A stretch of DNA of 64,000 nucleotides, taken from an uncultured Gammaproteobacteria bacterium. GTDB taxonomy: Bacteria; Patescibacteriota; Patescibacteriia; UBA2196; GWA2-42-15. A program made the position numbers and the translations under genes. Shown here piece after piece: positions 1-9,839 of this stretch. The stretch covers positions 10,881 to 74,880 of the forward strand of contig CAZNIO010000003.1 of assembly GCA_964573135.1 (NCBI GenBank). Reading direction: 5' to 3'. The notes beneath the pieces were generated by a model that did no database searches, was not told the DNA's origin, and worked only from the letters and a program-made list of their open reading frames with translations. Position 1 is the stretch's first letter. Each line of letters begins with the position of its first letter.

Positions 1-684
1 TTTATCAACATTTTTAAGTTCTTTCTCCAGCCAATCAAGATCGCTTTGGACAAATGTTTCTCTGACTTTTCTTCGGCGAGATATATTAATAGCAACCTTT
101 AAAAAATCCCGTTCCTCTTTTTGTATAACGCTTATTTCACTGGGAGTAGATAGGTAAGTAAAAACTTCGGGGGTGGATAATTTTAAATTATTTTGCCTAA
201 TCTTATCTTGGACCATTTTAACAAGTGACTTAGTAACCCTCTCCTTATCGACATCAGCAATCCAGGTAACAGAGGGTCCAAGGCCGTGAGAAGCAGAATG
301 GTATTTTAGAGTTTTTTTAAATATTTTAACTAATTGTTGATTAGTCAACTTGGTTAGATTTAATTTTTTTAAGTACCTAGAATCCTTGAAGAACAGAGTG
401 GAGGTTGATTCTATTTTATCAATAACTTTTAGGGCCCAGGCTGGATTGGCTAACATTTTAGTAGCCATAAATTCTGATCCAGCATCTAACTCATGTCGCA
501 GAAAGCACATTTGAGAGAAGTCACCTTTGAATAGGGTGAAATATTGAGTGATTTTATCGCCAAAACCAAGTTTGCCCCATCGACGGAGCATATATATCAT
601 GGGCGGACCCATCATAAATAGGACATTTTGTGGTATGTCTTCAACGGCGACCCAACTGTTTTTTTGTCTTTGCTTGCTTGGCAT
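1..684 (-). CDS. Partial CDS running off the left edge; probable further member of the PEP-utilising His-swivel-domain cluster
   Basis: ATG at 684, 3 nt after the stop of 688..1761; hand translation of the first ~70 codons is open (MPSKQRQKNSWVAVEDIPQNVLFMMGPP...). C-terminus not visible, so the family call rests on context only. Confidence 0.55.
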   Translation of the reverse strand, partial: MPSKQRQKNSWVAVEDIPQNVLFMMGPPMIYMLRRWGKLGFGDKITQYFTLFKGDFSQMCFLRHELDAGSEFMATKMLANPAWALKVIDKIESTSTLFFKDSRYLKKLNLTKLTNQQLVKIFKKTLKYHSASHGLGPSVTWIADVDKERVTKSLVKMVQDKIRQNNLKLSTPEVFTYLSTPSEISVIQKEERDFLKVAINISRRRKVRETFVQSDLDWLEKELKNVDK

Positions 685-687
685 AAA

Positions 688-1761
688 TTATATCTTCTTA
701 ACTATTCCCTTTTGCGCATCCACTTCTATTGTGTCGCCATCTTTAAAGACGCGAGTGGCAATTTTGGTACCAATAACACACGGGATATTGAGTTCACGAG
801 AAACAATGGCTGCATGACAAGTAATACCTCCTTCATCGGTAACAATGGCTTTGGCTTTTTTCATGGCTGGTAAAAAATCAGGTACGGTCATGGTAGTTAC
901 TAATATATTACCCTGGTTAAAGCTGGCTACTTCATCGGCATTAAATATGGCCTGCACTTGTCCTTGAATCTTTCCTCCTTGGCAAGCGACTTGCCCTTTA
1001 GCTTCTGAGATATCGATTTTAATTTCTAAATCATCATATTGAAAGTTATTTTCTCTTAAAAATTCGGCAAAATCTTTATCCTCCATTAAATCTCCTTGAA
1101 AGAAAAGATAACCACGCAACCTGGCCTTAAGCCGTTCAAGATCAATTGTCGTGTTGCCTGACATCATCGCTTTTAGCTCTTCAAACCCCACCACTCTGAC
1201 AAATTTCTTGTCTATATTATTCTGCTCCAGTAATATTTCAATTAAATTGCGCCAATAAGTGTCAATTATCTCAAATTTGCCTTCTGAAAAAACACGTGCT
1301 TGATACCACCTTTGGCACAATTCTTCTGCCACTTCGGGGTATAGTTTGAAAAACTCATCTCGCCATCTACTGGGTAGCATATTGGCGAAAACAACCCAGG
1401 GGAAAAATATTTTTAATAATCTAATTGATTCATCAAAGTTATCAATCATAGCCTGTAAGTTGCCCTGCTCTACTTTTTTAATCAAATTTACTACTTGGTC
1501 AGTAATAAGCTTAAATTGTTGCAAAGATTCCTTGGAAAAAATGGGGTCACTAAAGCCCTTCTTGGAAATATATTTTTTAACTTTTTCCATCTCATCAATA
1601 TCTCGATATATTTCGACGGCTCGACCGTTAAATCTGGTAATTTGCTTATGAATACCCATGCCAAACTCTCGCTCAAAATCCTCAGACACTAAAATATGCC
1701 AAAGACCGACCATGCTTAAAGTGACATCCCGAGTAAAGTATAGTTCAATTTTTTGATTCAT
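688..1761 (-). CDS. PEP-utilising enzyme, C-terminal phospho-His swivel (mobile) domain with unrecognised N-terminal domain
   Basis: C-terminal TDEGGITCHAAIVSRELNIPCVIGT motif. Confidence 0.85.
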   Translation of the reverse strand: MNQKIELYFTRDVTLSMVGLWHILVSEDFEREFGMGIHKQITRFNGRAVEIYRDIDEMEKVKKYISKKGFSDPIFSKESLQQFKLITDQVVNLIKKVEQGNLQAMIDNFDESIRLLKIFFPWVVFANMLPSRWRDEFFKLYPEVAEELCQRWYQARVFSEGKFEIIDTYWRNLIEILLEQNNIDKKFVRVVGFEELKAMMSGNTTIDLERLKARLRGYLFFQGDLMEDKDFAEFLRENNFQYDDLEIKIDISEAKGQVACQGGKIQGQVQAIFNADEVASFNQGNILVTTMTVPDFLPAMKKAKAIVTDEGGITCHAAIVSRELNIPCVIGTKIATRVFKDGDTIEVDAQKGIVKKI

Positions 1762-1766
1762 ATATG

Positions 1767-3302
1767 CTAAATTAACTTTTTAACTAACCCCTGAGTAGCA
1801 TCGACTGCTACCTTGTCACCATCTTTGAGGACTTGGGTGGCGATTTTAGTACCAATCACACAAGGAATATTGAGCTCACGAGAGACAATTGAAGCATGGC
1901 AGGTTAGACCACCTTCATCGGTGACAATGGCAGAGGCCTTTTTCATGGCAGCTACTATTTGTGGAGTGGTGGCTTGAGAAACCAAAATATCACCATGCTT
2001 CATTTTAGACATATTAGAAGCCATATTAACAATTTTAACGGTGCCTTTGGCTTTGCCAGGGCAAGCAGAGTCCCCTTGGAGTTGTTTAATTTTTCTGGCA
2101 CCTGCGGTATTTTTTTCTTTGGTTACTTTTTTGTTATACCAGTCATGTGCTTCTTGTCCGGTTAAAATTGTAATGGTGCCATTGTCGTTGGGCAAACAGA
2201 TATGAAACTTATATATCTCATTTAAATAATGAATATCAAGATTATACTTATTAAGAAGAGCTTTTTCAATTAGATCAAAAGGAGTGGATCTAACTTGATT
2301 AAGTGAAAGATGCAAGCGTCTACCTATTTCACGCAAAAACTTTTCTGCATGATAATATGACTTACTTTGATAGTCTTTTCTTCTGGGTTTTCCCCAGACT
2401 AATTTACCGGCTAAAAGTAAGATTTTTCGATTAAAAATATCTGGTTTTAATTCTTTGAGATATTTCTGCTTGAGTTGCTTGGTTTTATCTCGCTTGGCTT
2501 TAAGGTTTTTGAGTTTTTTACTTGGAGAAAGATTGTCCTTTAAATGGTTTTGTACGAACTCAAGGTAGTTGCTTTCATCAAAGGCAGGGCCAGCATAGGC
2601 ATAATATACCCAGGCATATTTTTGAGTGTGTTTTTGTAGTTGTTTATAGAATACGGGGTATTGAATTTTTAAATTATGTATATCAATTTTTTTAAGATCC
2701 CTAATCAGCTTTTTATTGCTATATGATTTATCAATAAGCTTGAGTAATCCTTCTTCTTGCTCTGAGGCAAATGACTTGTGTAAAGGAGAAGTAAAAACTT
2801 CAAAGTATTTATGATAATCTTTTTTGGATGTATTTTTTTCTAAGAATTTTTTCAAATTCTTTTCAACAAATGAAAAGTCTTGAAAATCTAAGATAGGCAA
2901 AGCAACACCATAAGCGTATAAAGTGCTTTGTTTGTCACAAAAACTTCTAAGGATTGATATAAGCTGCTTGGGGGTGGATTTGGTTAAATCTTTGTTCCAT
3001 ATATTCTTATATGTCCAAGCATTAAACTCTTGGCCAATCTTTTCGGTTTTGTCAATGATATTTTCAATAAAGTCATTGTTTTTTTCAACCTTGCTTTTGA
3101 GTTGGTTGTAAGTATCAACCCAGGTTTTTAAATCAGTCAAATATTTCATATCTTTATCCCAAGCAACAGTAGCCATTAAGGGGCGCGATACTTTGAATAT
3201 CTGGTGATACTTAAAAAAAGCGCTAACCCAAATCTGGTTGCGGAAAAATGGTGAATTAACATCACCGGCAACAACTTGCCATTTGTATTTCTTGTAGGAC
3301 AT
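1767..3302 (-). CDS. PEP-utilising enzyme, C-terminal phospho-His swivel domain with ~400 aa unrecognised N-terminal domain
   Basis: TDEGGLTCHASIVSRELNIPCVIGT motif at the C-terminus. Confidence 0.85.
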   Translation of the reverse strand: MSYKKYKWQVVAGDVNSPFFRNQIWVSAFFKYHQIFKVSRPLMATVAWDKDMKYLTDLKTWVDTYNQLKSKVEKNNDFIENIIDKTEKIGQEFNAWTYKNIWNKDLTKSTPKQLISILRSFCDKQSTLYAYGVALPILDFQDFSFVEKNLKKFLEKNTSKKDYHKYFEVFTSPLHKSFASEQEEGLLKLIDKSYSNKKLIRDLKKIDIHNLKIQYPVFYKQLQKHTQKYAWVYYAYAGPAFDESNYLEFVQNHLKDNLSPSKKLKNLKAKRDKTKQLKQKYLKELKPDIFNRKILLLAGKLVWGKPRRKDYQSKSYYHAEKFLREIGRRLHLSLNQVRSTPFDLIEKALLNKYNLDIHYLNEIYKFHICLPNDNGTITILTGQEAHDWYNKKVTKEKNTAGARKIKQLQGDSACPGKAKGTVKIVNMASNMSKMKHGDILVSQATTPQIVAAMKKASAIVTDEGGLTCHASIVSRELNIPCVIGTKIATQVLKDGDKVAVDATQGLVKKLI

Positions 3303-3305
3303 GTG

Positions 3306-4244
3306 TTAAAGAGTGGTTATGGGTCGACTTTGGGTAATGTACAGTTTGCCTCCAACCTCAGCCCATTCAATATCACAGGGGAATTTATAGTGCTTCTCGA
3401 TGTGGCCACATAGCTGAGCGAGCTCAATAATTTTTTTACCCATCAATTTTTGCTGCTCTTGTTTACTTTTTGGGACATTTATAGTTTTGGTAGCTTTACC
3501 CACTTTGGTAATCATTTTTTCTTGCTTGGCAATATTAATATCCATGATAGACCAATCACGCTTGTCAATAACATAAGAGTCGGGGGTAACCTGGCCCGAA
3601 ACGATGGCCTCACCCAGCCCCCAGCCGGCCTCAATAATCATTTGATTTTTGTCTTGAGTGACCGGATGAACGGTAAAGGTAATACCGGAAACTTCAGACT
3701 GAATCATGGCCTGGATAACAACGGCTACTGATACATGTGACTTGAGCATTTTTTTTTCATGGCGATAGAAAATAGCGCGTGGAGTAAAAAGAGATGACCA
3801 GCATTTTTTGACATTGTTAATGAGTTCTTTTTCTGAAGTGTTTAAATATGTTTCCAGCTCCCCTGCCCAAGAGGCTGTGCTTGAATCTTCGGCAGTAGCT
3901 GAACTTCTAACAGCGACTAACGGTGTTTTTAATTTTTTAAACTCGCTGGTAATTTCTTGAGCTAAGTCCTCCGGGAATGCAGTTTTGTCAATCATGTCGC
4001 GAATAACATTCGAATACCTATCAACTGAATTGATATCTTGGTAATTGACATTAGCGAGTTGGGCGCTGATGTCTTGTTTTAAATCAGTTTCTTCTAAAAA
4101 TCTATCAAAGGCATGCGAGGTGAATACAAAGCCAGGCGGGACTGGGATTTTGGCGTTTGTCATTTCACCGAGTGACGCCCCTTTACCCCCAGCTAAGAGT
4201 ACATCTTTTTTGGTAATTTGCTTAAAAGTTCTAGTATATGACAT
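3306..4244 (-). CDS. Stand-alone PEP synthase/PPDK N-terminal ATP-grasp domain protein
   Basis: GGKGASLGEM, VPPGF, VAVRSSATAED, GLGEAIVSG, DIEWA; ends at QSRPITTL with no His or pyruvate domain. Confidence 0.9.
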   Translation of the reverse strand: MSYTRTFKQITKKDVLLAGGKGASLGEMTNAKIPVPPGFVFTSHAFDRFLEETDLKQDISAQLANVNYQDINSVDRYSNVIRDMIDKTAFPEDLAQEITSEFKKLKTPLVAVRSSATAEDSSTASWAGELETYLNTSEKELINNVKKCWSSLFTPRAIFYRHEKKMLKSHVSVAVVIQAMIQSEVSGITFTVHPVTQDKNQMIIEAGWGLGEAIVSGQVTPDSYVIDKRDWSIMDINIAKQEKMITKVGKATKTINVPKSKQEQQKLMGKKIIELAQLCGHIEKHYKFPCDIEWAEVGGKLYITQSRPITTL

Positions 4245-4302
4245 GCGATTATTAATTAATTGATTATGTATATAATTTTAGCAAATTTAGGTCTAAAAGT
4301 GA

Positions 4303-4332
4303 AAAAACCCAGTTCATTGTGAACTGGGTTTT
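4303..4332. terminator. Intrinsic terminator-like hairpin
   Basis: AAAACCCAGTTCA-TTG-TGAACTGGGTTTT inverted repeat downstream of 4364..5899. Confidence 0.7.
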
Positions 4333-4363
4333 GAGCTATATTAATAGAGAGTTATTAAACATG

Positions 4364-5899
4364 TTAGTTACATGAGCCAGCAGATACAGCGTCTCCAGTG
4401 GCTTGTGCTGATAGAGCATTTTCACAGCCAGCAACATCATTATATTGACAGAAGTTCGTTTTAACAGTTTCTGCATCAATACCATTAAACTTGTACTTAT
4501 TATTAACCATCCAAGTAGGACTGGCTCCTATGCCCAAAGATTCTGCAAGCTTTATACTTTCTGAATGTAACGCTTGCCCTTCACTTGAGTTAAAACAAGT
4601 TTTAACTTTTGGAAAATTAACTGCGCAAGATGAATAGTCTCCCTGAATATCTTTGTTCCTACACCAAATGTAGTCCATATAGTTAGTAGGGTAGTGCTTG
4701 ATAGCACAAAGCTCTCTGATATTTTCATCAACTTCAGGCTGACCATGCAAAGAATTGAAAGTACCATCTGGGTTTTCTGAAGCAATGTAATTTATATGAA
4801 AATCCATATTATTGCCAAAGTTGTCTAAAACTTCTTCCATGGCGTCTAAGGCTTTTGTACCATAAGGACATTGGCTCATTACAAATACATCAAGTTGCTT
4901 GGCTACTTCCTCTCGACAAATAAGGTTGCCTGTGCAATCAGTGTCATCACAATCAGTAAGACCATTGCCTGTATCATCAGTATTGTTATCGCAAATTTCC
5001 TTTGTGGGGTTGTGAGTTGCACCAATTGCGAGTGTAAACATACCATTAACTTCTTTGAGATAGCGTTCAACTTGTGAAAAATTATCTGTATCTTTAACAT
5101 CACTTTCTAAAAGAACTGCTGGGAGCTGAGTTAATTCATTTTCTTCATAAAATTTCTTGCCTTTCTTTGAAGTATAGTCTAATTCTTCAAATTCAATACC
5201 AGAAAAAGTATTTTTAAGTTGCTCTTGTAATTGAATTGTGTCACACTCTGGCTTGGTACAACGAGAGTCATTTACAATATATGCAGTAAACTTTTTATCT
5301 TGTGGTAAATCCTTACATTTCGCCGGCTTATCATCAGTAGCTTCACAAATCTTTCTTTGCAATCCAATTTCTGTACGCGGACCAGTATATAGCTCATCTG
5401 CCATGTAAAAAGTTGGGCTACCAGATGCTTGAACTTCATTTGATTTTAGAATGCTGGTGGAAAAGAGATTTTTGCCCTCGTCACCTTCGGCACAAGTTTT
5501 AATTGTGTTGTAATCAACTCCATTCTCATTGGAGCATGACTCAAAGCTTGATTTTAAATCTTGATAGTTCTTGTTTTGGCAACTTACATAATCCCAAAAT
5601 TTATCTGAAAAATGCTCTTTAACACAAAGCTGGTAGATATTACCCTCAACTTCTGGCTCGCCGTGGAGAGATTGAAAAGTGCCGTCATTATTGTCAGTAG
5701 CAATATATTCAACATTAAAATTAACATAGTCAGTGAAATCTCCCATTATCTTATAGACTAAATCTTCGGCCTGGGAACCATAAGGACATTGGCTCATAAC
5801 ATACAAGTCAAAATTAATAGGATCTCCAGATACTTTCTTGATACAACCGGTAGTTACAAAGGCTAATAAAAGCAGAGATAAAATAACAATTTTTTTCAT
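4364..5899 (-). CDS. Lipoprotein with tandem thioredoxin/GILT-like domains
   Basis: Lipobox-like signal (LLAFVTTGC); two repeats of VMSQCPYG...SLHGxPEV...GSPT; many Cys. Confidence 0.7.
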   Translation of the reverse strand: MKKIVILSLLLLAFVTTGCIKKVSGDPINFDLYVMSQCPYGSQAEDLVYKIMGDFTDYVNFNVEYIATDNNDGTFQSLHGEPEVEGNIYQLCVKEHFSDKFWDYVSCQNKNYQDLKSSFESCSNENGVDYNTIKTCAEGDEGKNLFSTSILKSNEVQASGSPTFYMADELYTGPRTEIGLQRKICEATDDKPAKCKDLPQDKKFTAYIVNDSRCTKPECDTIQLQEQLKNTFSGIEFEELDYTSKKGKKFYEENELTQLPAVLLESDVKDTDNFSQVERYLKEVNGMFTLAIGATHNPTKEICDNNTDDTGNGLTDCDDTDCTGNLICREEVAKQLDVFVMSQCPYGTKALDAMEEVLDNFGNNMDFHINYIASENPDGTFNSLHGQPEVDENIRELCAIKHYPTNYMDYIWCRNKDIQGDYSSCAVNFPKVKTCFNSSEGQALHSESIKLAESLGIGASPTWMVNNKYKFNGIDAETVKTNFCQYNDVAGCENALSAQATGDAVSAGSCN

Positions 5900-6034
5900 A
5901 TTTATACAAGGTTAATTAATATATAGAGGTATTTAACATTTCTTTAGGTTAACATTTATGGTAAAAAATGGCAAATATAAGAGAGATGGGCTAAAAGCCA
6001 TCTCTATATAGCTAAATTGATACTAATTATTGCC

Positions 6035-7618
6035 CTAAGATTCGAGGATTTTATGTAAATCAATGCCAATCATTTTTTCTGACTTTTCCAAGCCAAGCAT
6101 AGATAGTACGGTGGGGGCAATATCAACTAAAGCGCCTTTTATTTTGGCGGTATGTAACTCTCGGTTTGTGTGAGGAGTAAATTTCCCCTTATATTCATCT
6201 TTGACAAGAATGGCAGGTACGGGAAAATTGCTGTGTTCTTTGTCAATTTGACCTGTTTCTACATTAATGACCTCTTCAACATTGCCGTGGTCGGCAGTAA
6301 TTAATACTTGACCACCTTTTCTAAGCGCAGCTTCAGTAATCTCTGATAAACATTTGTCGGTTGCTTCAAGGGCTTGCTTGCAAGCCTCAAGATTGCCAGT
6401 ATGGCCGACCATATCAGGGTTGGCAATATTGGCAACGATAAAATCAAATTCATTCTTACCTAAAACTGAAAGAATATTGTATTTAATATCTTCAACAGCC
6501 ATGGCCGGTTGCTGATCATAGCTTTCGACTGCAGGAGAAGGAATAAGCAGATGCTCTTCTCCTGGATAAGGATCCTCTTTAAGCCCATTTAAGAAAAAAG
6601 TGACATGAGCATATTTTTCGGTTTCAGCAATATGGAATTGTTTTAGATTATTATCTGAAAGTATTTTAGCCAAAGGGTTATCAATAACAAGCTTGGGGAA
6701 AGCGACTTCAATGGGCAAACTCTTTTCATAAAGAGAAAAGCCAGTAAATAGTAAATTATTAATCTTTTTACCTCGATCAAAATATTTGAAAGAATCTGCA
6801 ACAAAACTTTGAGTTAGCTGACGAGCGCGATCAGAACGGAAGTTGAAAAAAATTACGGCATCGTTGTCTTGAATTTTTCCAACTGGCTTGCCTTGGCGCA
6901 AAACAGCAACTGGTTTGAATTCTTCATCATATATCTTTTGGCTATATGAGCTTTGCAGGGTTTGAATGGGATTTTCACAATTAGCGGCGGCTTTGCCAGT
7001 CATAGCATCATATGACAATTTTACTCTATCCCAGTTGTTATTTCTGTCCATACCAAAATATCTGCCAGAAAGACTGGCTATTTGTCCACAGCCAAGTTTA
7101 TTTATCTCTTGTTCAAGCTTTTCTAAAAACTCGACTCCCTTGTCGCGCTTGGTATCACGTCCATCAAGAAAAAGGTGAAGGAAGGTATTATTATTAAGTT
7201 TATTTTGGGTAGATAGCTCAAGTAAGGCTGAGAGATGATTGGAGTGAGAATGCACACCACCGTCGCCAAGAAGACCCACAAGATGTAAATTTGATTTGTT
7301 GTTCTTAACGTGATTAATGGCTTTAAGAAAAGCAGGGTTTTCAAAAAAAGCTCCGCTGGATATTTGTTTATTTATTTTGTCTAGGCTTTGGAGAAAAATT
7401 TGACCAGAGCCGATGGTCAAATGACCAACTTCAGAATTGCCCATTTTGCCCCAAGGCAAACCAACGGCGGGGCCAGAGGCCTGCAGCAAAGTAGCGGGAT
7501 AATTTTGTAATAAATAATCCCAATATGGTAAATTGGCGCTGGTTATGGCGTTGCCGACAGTAGGGGCAGCGACTCCCCAACCGTCAAGGATAACCAGAAG
7601 AACTGGCTTAGAATTCAT
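6035..7618 (-). CDS. gpmI: 2,3-bisphosphoglycerate-independent phosphoglycerate mutase
   Basis: ILDGWG, GNSEVGH, AETEKYAHVTFF, NPDMVGHTG, TADHGN; start moved to ATG 7618. Confidence 0.97.
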   Translation of the reverse strand: MNSKPVLLVILDGWGVAAPTVGNAITSANLPYWDYLLQNYPATLLQASGPAVGLPWGKMGNSEVGHLTIGSGQIFLQSLDKINKQISSGAFFENPAFLKAINHVKNNKSNLHLVGLLGDGGVHSHSNHLSALLELSTQNKLNNNTFLHLFLDGRDTKRDKGVEFLEKLEQEINKLGCGQIASLSGRYFGMDRNNNWDRVKLSYDAMTGKAAANCENPIQTLQSSYSQKIYDEEFKPVAVLRQGKPVGKIQDNDAVIFFNFRSDRARQLTQSFVADSFKYFDRGKKINNLLFTGFSLYEKSLPIEVAFPKLVIDNPLAKILSDNNLKQFHIAETEKYAHVTFFLNGLKEDPYPGEEHLLIPSPAVESYDQQPAMAVEDIKYNILSVLGKNEFDFIVANIANPDMVGHTGNLEACKQALEATDKCLSEITEAALRKGGQVLITADHGNVEEVINVETGQIDKEHSNFPVPAILVKDEYKGKFTPHTNRELHTAKIKGALVDIAPTVLSMLGLEKSEKMIGIDLHKILES

Positions 7619-7868
7619 AAGTATGGTCGATGGGTTGTCCGTCGATAATTTGCTTGACCTTATTATCCATAATGGCATCGTATTCTTGAATGGAGCGCAA
7701 ATATTGCTCAGACTTGATGTCGTCTTGCTTTTTTTCGAGTTCAATAACTTTCTGATTGCGCTGATAGAGAATATCGGTGATGGTCAGAATTACCTTTTCC
7801 TTGTTCTCTTCTGGAACTTGTTTTTCTTCCAAGTATTCTTCAATTGTTTTTTGGCTTGGATTGTCCAT
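7608..7868 (-). CDS. Hypothetical small acidic helical protein
   Basis: 86 aa ORF tightly packed between AMP phosphorylase and gpmI on the same strand. Confidence 0.7.
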   Translation of the reverse strand: MDNPSQKTIEEYLEEKQVPEENKEKVILTITDILYQRNQKVIELEKKQDDIKSEQYLRSIQEYDAIMDNKVKQIIDGQPIDHTYEF

Positions 7869-7883
7869 AAAAATATATGACCT

Positions 7884-9380
7884 TTATTTAATACAAATAA
7901 TAGTATTGTTTTTGGTGGCCAGGCGGCCTAAATCAAGGCGGCTCTGATTTTCTCCATAAAGCGTATAGAGTTTCTGCCCCTTGATGATTTTATCGCCAAG
8001 GCGACAGTGCATGTGAATGCCAGCCAACTTTTCATGAGGAGCACCAAGATTGAAGCAAATTTCCACAATAGCTTTATTATCAATATGTTTAACTTTACCA
8101 CTCTTTTTTGAATGAATTTCATAACGCAAAGCGCCTAAAGCAACGGCGTCTGCTTTAATTGTGCCCTTGCCACCTTGAGCACGGATAATTTCAGCCATTT
8201 TCTTGGCAGCAACACCAGCCTCAATTTGATGCCTGGCAATATTTGTACCCCGTCCTTTTGGACAAAAACCTTTAAGTTCTAAAAGTTGCCCTGCAAGATG
8301 AATGGCTTTTTCCTCAAGATCTTTTGGTCTAAGCTCGTGCCTTTGTAATACACGCAAGACATCCCTGGCTTCAAGGGCAGGGCCAACACCGGCGCCAACT
8401 GGCTGATCGGCCTTAGTGGTAACCACTTTAACCTTTATCTTAAACATTTTGCCAAGAGCGATAAATTTCTTGGCTATACTTTTGGCGGTTTTTAAACTGT
8501 GAACTTTGGCGGTTTCTCCGTAAGGTAAATCAATAATTAAGTAATCAACGCCCATGGCAACTTTCTTGGCCATAATGGAAACGATCATCTTATCATAGGT
8601 TTCTAAAGATAGGGGTTTTTCAACATGGATAATTTTGTCATCAGCCGGCGCCATATTGATTCCCCCTCCCCAGACAAGACAGGCGTGAGTTTTTTTAACT
8701 ATTTTATTAATCTTATCGACGGAATGTTCAACAGGTGCTAAAACTTCCATGGTATCGGCTGTGCCAGCTGGAGAGGTGATAGCGCGTGATGAAGTTTTGG
8801 GGATGTAGAGACCGAGAGAGGCAATAATAGGGATAACAATCATGGTGGTGCGATTGCCAGGAATACCACCAATTGAATGTTTATCAACTACCTTTATTTT
8901 CATATTCATTTTGTCGCCACATTCAGCCATGGCGCGAGTCATATAATAGAGTTCTTTTAAGGGATATGGTTTTATAAAACCAGAAGCAACATAATAAGTG
9001 GTTTCGATTTTACCCAATTTACCGGTAGAAATATCGTGCATGATAGAAAAAATTTCATCATAACTTAAATCATGACCCAATAGCTTTTTATTAATAGCTT
9101 TAACTGATTCGGGCCGGGATTGTAAGATAACTTCAACAATATCCTGATCATCAATTGATTTTTTTTGCCAAACTTCTTTAAAAAGACCAACTTGGCCAAA
9201 GTTAACTTTACTGTTGGTATATTGGACTATGGCGGTAATTGATTTTTTACGACTCCATTTCAGAAGGACTCGGTCGCCTGGCATAATACCCTGACTGTCA
9301 GCTTCCTTTTCGCGCAAAACTATGATGGGATCACCACCAGAAGAAAAGTCTAATTTTTTTGATTTATAAAAAATTTTCAT
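7884..9380 (-). CDS. deoA: AMP phosphorylase (thymidine phosphorylase family)
   Basis: DKHSIGGIPGN, PKTSSRAITSPAGTAD; N-terminal extension typical of AMP phosphorylases; adjacent to RuBisCO. Confidence 0.92.
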   Translation of the reverse strand: MKIFYKSKKLDFSSGGDPIIVLREKEADSQGIMPGDRVLLKWSRKKSITAIVQYTNSKVNFGQVGLFKEVWQKKSIDDQDIVEVILQSRPESVKAINKKLLGHDLSYDEIFSIMHDISTGKLGKIETTYYVASGFIKPYPLKELYYMTRAMAECGDKMNMKIKVVDKHSIGGIPGNRTTMIVIPIIASLGLYIPKTSSRAITSPAGTADTMEVLAPVEHSVDKINKIVKKTHACLVWGGGINMAPADDKIIHVEKPLSLETYDKMIVSIMAKKVAMGVDYLIIDLPYGETAKVHSLKTAKSIAKKFIALGKMFKIKVKVVTTKADQPVGAGVGPALEARDVLRVLQRHELRPKDLEEKAIHLAGQLLELKGFCPKGRGTNIARHQIEAGVAAKKMAEIIRAQGGKGTIKADAVALGALRYEIHSKKSGKVKHIDNKAIVEICFNLGAPHEKLAGIHMHCRLGDKIIKGQKLYTLYGENQSRLDLGRLATKNNTIICIK

Positions 9381-9811
9381 AAAATACTATTTAAAACAAG
9401 TGATATACACAATCCGAAAATAAATCCACTTATAATCTCAAAATATGTATGTCCACTAATATCCAATAATCTACCATCTTTAAAAACTCGCTTAACACCT
9501 TTAATACCACTTTTGACCCATGATTGCTGTTCTATTTCCTGTTTTTCTCTATCTTCTAAGAGATTGTAGATAAAAAGAAGCATAACAGTAAAACAAAAAC
9601 TAAAAATTGAGCTAAGGCCATAATCACACCAAATGAGATATAGAACGCCTGTCAATACAGCGGTGTGTGTACTGGGAGCACCACCAGCCCATTGATAAAC
9701 CCAAGTGGCTGTACGTAGCTTTTTCTTTCGTCGATTGGCTAATAATCTAACAATGAATTTCAATGATTGACTCAAAAACCAAATAATAACAGGAAATAGA
9801 ATAAACTTCAT
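9377..9811 (-). CDS. Divergent PAP2/DUF212-family membrane phosphatase
   Basis: GGAPSTH and GHT motifs; hydrophobic segments. Confidence 0.75.
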   Translation of the reverse strand: MKFILFPVIIWFLSQSLKFIVRLLANRRKKKLRTATWVYQWAGGAPSTHTAVLTGVLYLIWCDYGLSSIFSFCFTVMLLFIYNLLEDREKQEIEQQSWVKSGIKGVKRVFKDGRLLDISGHTYFEIISGFIFGLCISLVLNSIL

Positions 9812-9839
9812 AAATAGTTAGACTAAACTGATAATCATT

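Noticed and set aside
7619-7744. N-terminal extension of GpmI in the ORF track
   Set aside because: Overlaps the 86-aa ORF; homology begins at MNSKPVLLVILDGWG (ATG 7618).
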